A DNA stretch of 32,000 nucleotides from Nitrosopumilus maritimus SCM1 (lineage in GTDB: Archaea; Thermoproteota; Nitrososphaeria; Nitrososphaerales; Nitrosopumilaceae), in assembly GCF_000018465.1 (NCBI RefSeq), contig NC_010085.1:960001-992000 (forward strand), given 5' to 3'. Below, one piece after another: positions 1 to 12,000 of this stretch. Each line of letters begins with the position of its first letter. Position 1 is the stretch's first letter. The notes beneath the pieces are model-generated. The model was not told the origin of the DNA, did not search any database, and was given only the letters and a program-made list of their open reading frames with translations. Made by a program: the position numbers and the translations under genes.

Positions 1-3000
1 GGATGCAGTCCATCCAAGGGATACTTGAGTACTACCAAATGTTGGAATTAAGTTAGTTGGTGGGGTTGGAACAGTTGCAGGAGTTACAGATATTGTAGTA
101 GATACAGGTCCATCATCAATATCGTTTTGTGCATATACTCTAAATTCATAGGTCACACCATTCTCCAAGTTACCAATTACGGCGTTAGTTACTGGTGGAA
201 GTCCAGTTACTGTTTGAGTAAGAGTATTTGCAAATCCATCTTTAGAGTATTCAATTACATAAGTATCAATGGTTACACCACCATCAAATGGTTCAGACCA
301 AGATAGTGAGACTTCACCATTACCTCGTTGTCCACTAAGACCAGTAACTTGACTTGGGCCATCAACTGGTGTTGCAGTTATTGGTGCAGATGGGTCACCA
401 AATCCAACTTCGTTTTCAGCAGATATTCTAAATTGATATTCTACACCGTTTTCCAAGTCTTCAATGTCAACTACAGTTGTTGGGTGAGTGACAAACTCTG
501 ATTGGTATTGACCTTCTACAAATGAATTAGCAGAAGTATAATCAATTCTGTATCGCTCTATTGGTTCACCGCCAGTATTACCTGGAGTCCATGATAATCC
601 AACAGTACCAGCAGAAGGTTGTGGGTCATCAAATGTTGGGGCATCTGGAACAGTAGCTGGTTTTGCAGTATCAGTGTTTGATGGGCCACTAGGTCCGGCA
701 GTGTTTACAGCAATAACACGGAATGTGTAGGTTACGCCATTTTGAAGACCGTTAATTATAGTATTAGTTGGTACAGGTAATGTTTCACTTGTTACGGTTT
801 GTGATGATGGGTTTGCACCAAAGTCACCATTTGCATCATCAGTGTATTCAACAATGTATGATGTAACTGGAACACCGCCAGTAACAGCTGGTGCGGCCCA
901 TGTTAAGGATACTTGAGTATTACCACGAGTTGCAACTAGATCAGTAGGATTACCAGATAATGCAGCAGGTGTTTCTGCCACTGGAACTGATTCATCACCA
1001 GGACCCACTCCGTTTACTGCAACTGCACGGAAGAGGTATTCTTGCCCATTGTTAAGACCAGTAACGGTAATCTCAGGAGTAGTTGATTCGGTTTGATCAT
1101 TAAACTCAAACCAGTTATCTCCGTTGTCAACACTGTATTCAATATAATAGTCAATAATGTCAGAACCACCATCCTCTACTGGAGGAGTAAATCCAATTGT
1201 AACTTGTCCATCTCCAAGTGTTGCAACTAGATCAGTTGGAGCATCAGGTGCTCTAGCTGGAGTTGCAGAGTCAACATCAGATGGTTCACCAAAGTCTACG
1301 CTGTTAGTAGCAGTTACTCTAAAGTAGTAAGTGTCACCATTGTTCAAGTTATTAATTGTTGCAGATAATGGAGATGCTGCAACATCAACAGATGATGTGA
1401 AGACACCATTGTTTGCATCAGTTTCATTAGTAGTGTATTCAATTCTATAACCAGTGATTGGAGTACCACCATTTGTTGGCTCAGACCATTCAACTTCCAC
1501 TTGAGCATTACCAGGAGTTAAGCTGATAATTTCTGTCTTGCCAGGTACATCAAATGTTGTGGCTTCTGCAGTAGAGGATGTGTCTCCTACTCCTGCATCA
1601 GTAATAGCAGCAACTCTGTAAGTGTATGATGTTCCTCTATCCAAGCCAGTGTCAGAGTATGTAGTATCAGCGCTTCCGGTGTCTGCCACAATTATTGTAA
1701 AGTCAGCCTCGCCTTCTGCTTGTCTTTCAATTTGGTATCCATCAATTGAAGCACCGCCTGTAAGTAATGGTGCATTCCATTCAAGATCAATTTCAGTGTC
1801 AGATATTGCTTCAGCATCTAGTCCAGTTGGGGCATCAGATAATGTTGCAGGTCTAGCAGTTGCTACATTAGATGTAGGACCAACATCTACTGCGTTTTCA
1901 GCAGAGACTCTAAACTCGTAAGTTAATCCGTTTGTAAGACCAGTTACAGTTACAAAGAGATTAGTGTTAACACCACCAACACCTTCATCAAATACTTGCC
2001 ATGTGGCTTCTGGTATTTGTGATGCAAGTCTATATTCAATAATGTAATCAATGATTTCCTCGCCACCATTATCTGCTGGTAATTGCCAATCCAGTATGAC
2101 TAGCAGATTTCCAAATTCTGCGTTGAGTTGTAGTGGTTTTGTTGGAACAGTAGCAGGTTTAGCGTCAAGGGTGTTTGATACTGGGCCGTTGTCTTCAATG
2201 TTTGTTGCAAATACTCTGAATGTGTAAGTAACACCATTTGTTAGACTGTCAATTGTTACAGTAGTTGGTAATGGTTCAGTATCAAAGACTTCAGATACAG
2301 TGTTTTCTGGATCAAATATTCCAGTTGGTGTGTATTGAACGGTATATTGAGTCAAATCAGAACCACCGTCAAATCCAGGAGTCCATGAAAGGGTTACAGA
2401 TTCATCACCGCGAACAGCAGAGTCTAATGTTGGGGCATCAGGTGCTCTAGCTGGAGTCTCAGTTACTTCATTAGAATAACCACTTGAACCATTATCGTTG
2501 GTTGCCTTTACACGGAATGTGTATTCAACACCATTATCTAGACCAGAGACAGTTGCTTGGGTATCTAGTGTTTCATCATCACCAATTATTACAGATGATG
2601 GAGGTTCATCAAAGACTCCGTTTTCATCGTCAGTGTATTCAACAACATAGGTGTTTAATGTAGAACCGCCATCAAATACAGAAGCAGTCCATGAGAGTGA
2701 TACAAATCCATTACCATGGTCTGTGACTTCAAGTAATGTTGGGGCATCAGGTACTGTAGATGGTGTTGCACTTACTGTGTTTGATGGATCACTAGAATCA
2801 TCAGTATCATCATTGTCACCATCATCTTCGTTATGAGCAATTACTCTAAACTTGTATTCTGAGCCATTATCTAGACCAGATATTGTTGCAGTTGTTGGTA
2901 ATACACCATCAACAGGAATAATTTCTTGTGTAGAGATAGTTGCAAAGTTGTCATCAGAATATTGTACTGTGTATCCTACAAGGTCATCTCCACCATCATC

Positions 3001-6000
3001 TAATGGGGTCAACCAGGAAAGTGAGACAAATGCATTACCGCTATCAGTTACTTGAAGGTCTCTTGGAGGTAGCGGATTAGTTGAAGGAATTCCAGTTAGA
3101 ACGTTTGATGGGTCACCAGAATCAACAAGGTTTCTTGCAGTTACTCTAAATGAGTACTCTACACCATTATCTAGTCCATCAATTGTTGTGGTTATAGGAT
3201 CATTGTTTTGTGGAGCAGTGATAACAACAGATTCTGTGTCTTGTGGATTAAATGCACCAGTAGAAGTGTACTCTACAAGATAATCGATTATTGGAGAACC
3301 GCCATTTGCTGGTTGGTTCCATACAATTGTGCTTTCTTGATCATCATCACTTGTTACAGATACAAGTACTGGGGCATCAGGTGGATTTGCAGGTGTTGTT
3401 GTTGCAGGGTTTGATGCAGGTCCTTCATCTGCAGAGTTTGTAGCAGTTACAACAAAGGTGTATGTTTGACCGTTTGTCAAACCAGTAACAGTTGTAGTAG
3501 TTACAGGTGGAGCTACACCATCAACGCTAGTAATTGTTACAGATTCAAAGTTGTTTGGATCAAATGTTTCTCCAGGAGTCCACTTTACTGTGTAAGATGT
3601 GATTGTGGCACCTCCATTACTTGATGGTTTCTCCCATACCAATAGAACTTGACCAGTTTGAGGAGTTGCAACAAGATTCTGTGGAGCAGATGGGGCTGTT
3701 GCAGGAGTTGCAGTTACTCTATCAGAGATATCACCATCTCCAACATCGTTGTGTGCAAATATTTCAAATAGATATGGTGTACCATTAGTTAATTCATCAA
3801 TTACAAGGGAGAATGTATTTCCATTAGCAGTTTGTTCCTCAGTCCAAGAGCCGCCATCAGTACTGTAACGAACTACATAGTATTCAATTTCAGCACCACC
3901 ATCACTGGCTGGTAAGGTCCAAGAAACTTCAACTTGGTTAGGTCCAGGTTCAGCAGCAGGATTTAGTGGTTCACTTGGAGTAGTAGCTGGAGTTTGTGAC
4001 AATACATTAGATGGTGCACTGTCATCGATTACATTACTTGAAATTATTCTAAAGTAGTAAGTATCACCATTTGTCAAACCAGTAACTGTGTAAGATTCAG
4101 CAGGTGGGTTACCTGAAATTGTTGCAGTATCTAAGATGCTTGCAAAGTTTTCATCTTCAGACCACTCTACATGATAAGAGTCAATTGGTTCACCACCATT
4201 ATTACCTGGAGTCCATGAAAGTGCAACAGATTGATTGCCTCTGTCAGCAGAGTCTAACGTTGGAGCATCAGGGAATGTTGCTGGTTTTGCAGATTTTATG
4301 TTAGATGGATCACTAGGTCCAAAGGCATTACTTGCGATTACTTGGAATTGGTATGTCAATCCATTTGTCAATCCAGAAATAGTTGTAGAAGTTGCTAATG
4401 CTTCATCATCACCAATCACCACAGTTCCAGTTGTTTGGAAATTATCGCTAGAATATTGGATTGTGTATTGAGTGATTGTGCTTCCTTGATCAAATTGAGG
4501 AGTCCATGAAAGGGTTACAGATTGGTTGCCTCTGTCAGCAGAGTCAAGAACTGGGGGTAGTGGGACTGTTGCAGGAATTGCAGTTATTGTTGCAGCATCA
4601 CCAGTTACACCATTAACGTTAGTAGCAGTAATTGTGAATGTGTATTCTACACCATTATTCAAACCATCAATATTTGCCTCATCTGCTGGAGCATTGATTG
4701 TAATTGTTTGAACTACATTGCCATTTGGATCAGTAACAGTGATTGTGTAAGATGCAATTTCACCACCTGCATTAGGAACTGGTTCAGTCCATTCAAGGTC
4801 TACTTGTTTGTCACCAGGAGTTGCTCCAAGGCCTGTTACTGCGTTTGGAGGACCAAATGGAGTTGCAGTGGCAGGAGCAGATGGAGTACTAGTTAATCCG
4901 TGTTCATTAGTAGCAGTAATTGTAAATTCGTATTCTACACCACTTGTTAGTCCAGGAATTACTGTATTATCTGCAGGTGCAGTTACTTGGACTGGATCAA
5001 CAGGAACACCATCAGAACCAGTTATTGTAATTGTATAATATGAAATATCACCACTGTTGTTATCATCTGCTTCATTCCAGGATAATGATGCTTGTCTATC
5101 ACCTGGAGTTGCCTCAAGTCCTGTTACTTGTAGTGGTGCTCCACGTGGAGTTGCAGTTGTTGTTGCAGCACTGCTTGTTAGGTTGTTTTCATTAGTTGCA
5201 GTTACTTCAAATGTGTAGTTTACACTGTTTGTCAAACCAGTAACTAGGTAAGAGGTTGTTAATGCTTCATCATCACCAATTACAATTGTTTGAACTACAG
5301 CACCACTTGGGTCACGTACTGTGATTGTGTAAAGTGTAATGTCACCGCTGCCGTTAAGGTCTGGTTGAGTCCAAGTGAGGTCTACTTGTTTGTCACCAGG
5401 AGTTGGGGTAAGGTTGCCTGGTGCTGCTGGTGGACCATATGGAGTTGCAGTGGCAGTTGCAGCAGGACCAGTGCTGTTGTTTTCATTGGTTGCAGATACT
5501 TCAAAGGTGTATGTTTCACCATTATCCAAACCAGTAACTGTTGTAGAAGTTGCTGGTGGATTTCCTCCAGTTCCAGTTACAGTAATAGTGTCAACTAGAG
5601 TGTTAGAAGAATCATAAACTTCAACTGTGTAAGAGGTAATGGCACCACTGTTGTTTTCATCTGCTGGATCCCATTCTAGAGATACTTGTTTGTCACCAGG
5701 AGTTGCCTCAAGTCCTGTTACTTGTAGTGGTGCTCCACGTGGAGTTGCAGTTGTTGTTGCAGCACTGCTTGTTAGGTTGTTTTCATTAGTTGCAGTTACT
5801 TCAAATGTGTAGTTTACACTGTTTGTCAAACCAGTAACTAGGTAAGAGGTTGTTAATGCTTCATCATCACCAATTACAATTGTTTGAACTACAGCACCAC
5901 TTGGGTCACGTACTGTGATTGTGTAAAGTGTAATGTCACCGCTGCCGTTAAGGTCTGGTTGAGTCCAAGTGAGGTCTACTTGTTTGTCACCTGAAGTTGG

Positions 6001-9000
6001 GGTAAGGTTGCCTGGTGCTGCTGGTGCTCCTAATGGAGTTTCAGTTGTTGTTGCGGCAGGACCAGTGCTGTTGTTTTCATTGGTTGCAGTTACTTCAAAG
6101 GTGTAGTTTACACCATTAGTTAAGCCAGTAACTGTTGTAGAAGTTGCTGGAGGGGCTCCCTGTGAACCAGTCAAGGTAATGGTATCAACAATAGCTCCGT
6201 TTGGATCACGTACTGTAACGGTGTAAGATGTAATGTCACCGCTGCCGTTAAGGTCTGGTTGAGTCCAAGTGAGGTCTACTTGTTTGTCACCTGAAGTTGG
6301 GGTAAGGTTGCCTGGTGCTGCTGGTGCTCCTAATGGAATTCCAGTTACAGGATCAGAAGATTCACTTGAGCCAACACTGTTTATTGCAACAAGTGTAAAG
6401 GAGTACTCATTTCCATTTGTTAGTAGAGATGCAGTATAATCAGTTGCATCTGCAGACAATGAAACATCATCTAAATCAATACCAGTGGTAAGATTTGTAA
6501 TACTAAGTGTATATCCAGTAATTGGAGTTCCTCCATTAGATGGTTTGGACCATGAAACAGTAAGTGAAGAGTCACCTACAACAGGTTCGTTAAGAACTGG
6601 TTTAGCTGGAACAGTAAATGTAGTTGCACTTGCAGGACTAGATGCATCACCTATACCAGCAGTAGTAATAGCAGAAACTCTATAGGTATATTCTACACCA
6701 CTTGATAATCCAAGGTCATTAAATGTAGTAGCAGTAGTTTGGGTATCTGCCACAATTATTGTAAAGTCAGCTTCACCTTCTGCTTGTCTTTCAATTTGAT
6801 AACCTGTCAAAGTACCAAATTGTGGATTCGTTGGAGGTGCAGTCCAAGTTAATTCAATCTCAGTATCAGAAAGTGCAGTTGCATCAAGATTAGTTGGAGC
6901 GTTAGGTGTAGTAATAGGCGTTGCAGTCACAGGAGTAGATGGAGTGCTAGTTAGATTGTTTTCATTTGTTGCAGTAATTGTAAATGAGTATTCTACACCA
7001 TTAGTCAAACCAGTAACTGTTGTAGAAGTTGCTAATGCTTCATCATCACCAATTATTATTGTTTGAACTACATTGCCACTTGGGTCAGTTACAGTAATTG
7101 TGTAAGTTTCAATTGCACCACTGTCATTAAGTTCTGGTTCTTCCCAATCTATGGTGACTTCACCATCTCCTGCATCAGCAGTAGGAGTGTCAATTACTCC
7201 TGGAGGACCAAATGGAATTTCGGTTGTACTTACGGCACTACTATCTAGATTGTTGCTATTAGTTGCAATTATCTCAAAGGTATACTCTACACCATTGTTT
7301 AATCCATCAATATTTACAGAGGTTGCTAATGGTTCATCATCACCAATTACAATTGTTTGAACTACGTTTCCACTTGGGTCACGTACTGTAATTGTATAAG
7401 TTTCAATTGCACCGCCAGCATTAGGAACTGGTTGAGTCCAAATTAGGTCTACTTGTTTGTCACCTGAAATTGCTTGAAGATCTGTTACGGGATTTGGTGG
7501 ACCAAATGGAGTTGCAGTGACAGGAAGAGATGGAATGCTGGTCAATCCATGTCCATTGGTTGCAGTAATTGTAAAGGAGTATGTTTCACCACTTGTCAAA
7601 CCAGGAACTGTTGTAGAAGTTGCTGGCGGATTTCCTCCAGTTCCAGTTACAGTAATAGTGTCAACTAGAGTGTTAGAAGAATCATAAACTTCAACTGTGT
7701 AAGAGGTAATGGCACCACTGTTGTTTTCATCTGCTGGATCCCATTCTAGAGATACTTGTCTATCACCAGGAGTTGCCTCAAGTCCTGTTACTTGTTCTGG
7801 TGCTCCACGTGGAGTTGCAGTTGTTGTTGCAGCACTGCTTGTTAGGTTGTTTTCATTAGTTGCAGTTACTTCAAATGTGTAGTTTACACTGTTTGTCAAA
7901 CCAGTAACTGTTGTCTCTGTTGCTAATGCTTCATCATCACCAATTACAATTGTTTGAACTACAGCACCACTTGGGTCACGTACTGTAATTGTGTAAAGTG
8001 TAATATCGCCACTGTTGTTAAGGTCTGGTTGAGTCCAAGTGAGGTCTACTTGTTTGTCACCAGGAGTTGGGGCAAGGTTGCCTGGTGCTGCTGGAGCTCC
8101 TAATGGAGTGGAAGTTACAGGATCAGATGGAGTGCTAGTTAGATTGTTTTCATTGGTTGCAGTAATTGTAAAGGAGTATGTTTCACCATTATCAAGTCCA
8201 GGAACTGTGTAAGAAGTTGCTGGCGGATTTCCTCCGGTTCCAGTTATGACAATTGTATCAACTAGAGTTCCAGAAGAGTCACGTACTTCAATGGTGTAAG
8301 AGGTAATGTCACCGCTGCCGTTAAGGTCTGGTTGAGTCCAAGTGAGGTCTACTTGTTTGTCACCTGATTCTGCAGTAGGAGTGTCAATTTGTCCCGGTGC
8401 ACCTAATGGAGTGGAGGTTGTTGTTGCAGCACTGCTAGTTAGGTTGTTTTCATTGGTTGCAGTTACTTCAAAGGTGTAGTTTACGCTGTTTGTCAAACCA
8501 GTAACTAGGTAAGAGGTTGTTAATGCTTCATCATCACCAATTACAATTGTTTGAACTACAGCACCACTTGGGTCACGTACTGTAACGGTGTAAGATATAA
8601 TGTCACCGCTGCCGTTAAGGTCTGGTTGAGTCCAAGTGAGGTCTACTTGTTTGTCACCTGGAGTTGGTGTAAGGTTGCCTGGTGCTGCTGGAGCTCCTAA
8701 TGGAGTGGAAGTTACAGGATCAGATGGAGTGCTAGTTAGATTGTTTTCATTGGTTGCAGTAATTGTAAAGGAGTATGTTTCATTGTTGGTCAAACCAGTA
8801 ACTGTTGTAGAAGTTGCTGGGGGATTTCCTCCGGTTCCAGTTATGACAATTGTATCAACTAGAGTTCCAGAAGAGTCACGTACTTCAATGGTGTAAGATG
8901 TAATGTCACCGCTGCCGTTAAGGTCTGGTTGAGTCCAAGTGAGGTCTACTTGTTTGTCACCTGATTCTGCACCAAGGTCATCAATTTGTCCTGGGGCGCC

Positions 9001-12000
9001 AATTGGAATTCCAGTTACAGCATCAGATGGGTCACTTGAACCTTCAGCATTAATTGCAATAAGTGTAAAAGAGTACGTGTTTCCATTGGTTAATTCACTT
9101 GCATTATAGTCAATTGCATTTGCAGGTAATGATACATCAGGGAAAGTGTTACCACCAGTAACATCAGTTATAGAAAGTGTATATCCAGTTAATGGAGAGC
9201 CACCATCATTTGGTGCAGACCATGAAACAGTAAGTGAAGAGTCACCTACAACAGGAGTGTTAAGAACTGGTTTTGCTGGAACAGTTACAGGAATTGCAGA
9301 TTCTACATCAGATGGATCACTTTCATCGACATCATTTATTGCAATTACTCTAAAGTAGTAAGTATCACCATTTGTCAAACCAGTCACAGTGTAAGTGGTA
9401 TCAGGAGGATTGCCTGAAAGTGTTACATCATCAAGTATTGATGAAAAGTCATTAGTGGACCATTCAAGACGGTACTCATCTATTGATTCACCACCATCGT
9501 CTGGAGTAGACCAAATAACTTCGATTTGTCCATCGCCAGCATTGAGTTCTGTTATTACTGGTGCATCAGGTGCTCTAGCTGGTGTTGCTTCAACCTCATT
9601 AGAAGGAGTTGCATTACCAAGTGCATTTACAGCATATACTCTGAATTTGTGCAATACACCATTTTCTAATCCAGTCACAGGAACATCAGTAGTGTCAATT
9701 GATTGGCCATCATTGTAAACTACAAATCCATTACCATCTCCATAATCAACTTCTATTACATAATCAGTAATTGGGAATCCATGGTTGTTAGGTGCAGACC
9801 ATGTAAGAAGAACTTGTTCATCTCCACGTTCAACAGAAAGGTCAAGAATTTGGGCTGGCACATCACCAGGGGTTGCAAGCTCTATTGCAGAGTATGGACC
9901 TTGATTAACACCATTTACAGCAGCAACTCGGAAAGAGTGTTCAACACCATTTTCAAGATTCTGAATTGTGAGTATGTTTTGTGGATCATTAAAGTTAGAA
10001 GATACTGTTTCCCAAGAACCACCTGCAGGTTTTACTTGTATGACATAATGGGTAATTGGTGAACCGCCATTATATGGAGTAGACCAAGCAATAGTTACAA
10101 ATTCATTTCCTGTTACTGTTTGAGCAGGATCAATTACTGGTGCATCAGGAATTGTTGCAGGAGTTGCAGTATCAAGATTAGAAGGAGGACTAGAACCGTT
10201 TTCATTTATTGCAATAACTCTGAATGTGTATGTCTGTCCGTTGGTTAATCCAGGTACAGTGTATTCAGTTAGAGGAGGATTACCAGAAACAGTTACAGAT
10301 GGAGTGTTTTGATCAAAAGTTCCATCAGTAGAATATTGTATTTCATATGAAGAAATTGTAGAACCACCATCATCATTAGGAGCATCCCAATCAACAAATA
10401 CTTCAGAATCACCAGGAGTCAAAGTATGCAAGAATGGAGCTGTAGCAGTAGAGCTAGGAGTTGCAGTGACAGGAGTAGAGAATGGACCTTCACCTGCAGA
10501 GTTTACTGCCTTTACTCTAAATGAATAAGTTTCTCCGTTTTCTAGATTATCTACAGTTACAAATCGGTTGGTACTTGTTCCGTCATTGAATACTTCCCAA
10601 CCATTACCATCATTAACTTCAATGATATAATCAGTAATTGCAGCACCATTGTTTGGAGGATGTTCCCATGTCAAGTATACTTGCCCATTACCACCAAGAG
10701 CCTCATCGATTACAGGTGCATCAGGTACGCCTGCAGGAGTTGCAGTGGCAATATCAGATGCATCACCAGTACCTTCTGTATTTACAGCAGATACTCTAAA
10801 GTCATAAGATTGTCCGTTTGTTAATCCAGTTACTGCAACATCAGTTGTATCAGTACTTGTTCCATCGTTGAATGTTTGCCATCCATTACCATCATTGTAT
10901 TCTATGATGTAATCAGTTATAGCAGAACCGCCGTTACTTGCTGGAGGAGCCCAAGAGAGTAAGACTTGCTCATCTCCAGATTCAGCAGTTAGATTTGTTG
11001 GAGCACCAGGGACACCTAATTCAGCAGTATATGTGATAATTAATCTAGGTGCTTCAGAAGAATCAGCATCATAAGATAATGCATCTCGGTCATTATCAGA
11101 ATTAACATCTTCAAATATGAGTGCAAGAGAATTTCCAGAGACCCATCCACCTCTGTTAACTATTTCTTGAACGATAGATACAAGAGATGGAGTTTGAGTG
11201 TCAGAACTTATTTCATTTTCAGACCAATCAGAAATGCTCCAAGATACAGTAGCACTAGTTGAAGTTCTTGAAGATATGTTAGTAGAATCAGTGGTAAATG
11301 TTGATGCGTTATCTACATCTTCACCGTAAATTGTAACAGATGAAGAACCTGAATCATTGTCTTGAGAGGTAAATTCAACATATGCTCCAGTAATTGTAGC
11401 ACCATTTGGAATTCCAACGTTGTTAAATCTTAAACCAACAAAACGGTCTTCATCTAAATCAAGATCATCATCATCAAGATCCATAGAATATGAAACACCA
11501 CCACCGCCACCATCATCATCGTCATCATCTTCATCAACGGTTCGAATTTGTTCGGCATCATCAGAAGATTGTGAGATTTGTATTGTTATTGTTAAAGCAC
11601 CAATTGGTGTTGCAGTTGCAATATTAGATACAGGTCCTGTTCCTTCTGCATTTACAGCAGACACTCTAAATGAGTATTCTTGGTCGTTGGTTAATCCAGT
11701 AACGGTAGCTGTGGTATCAGTACTTGTTCCATCAGCAAAAGTATTCCAACCAGAACCACTACTGTACTCTACAACATAATCTGTAATATCAGAACCGCCA
11801 TTAAATGGAGCAGTCCAAGATAGTGAAACATCAGTGTTTCCTGCAGTAGCAATAAGATTTGTTGGGGCACTAGGTGCAGAGGCTTCAAATGAATAAGTAA
11901 CTACAAGGAGTGGTGCTGCACTAGAATCGCCATCATGAGATTCAGCAGTTCTTTCACCATCACCAGTAATTATAATTGAAAGGGAATTATCACTGCTCCA

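Noticed and set aside
4560-9320. High-identity repeats as insertion sequences, a CRISPR array or duplicated genes
   Set aside because: Every copy is in frame within one ORF, with period about 300 bp (one FN3 domain). There are no terminal inverted repeats, transposase genes or spacers.
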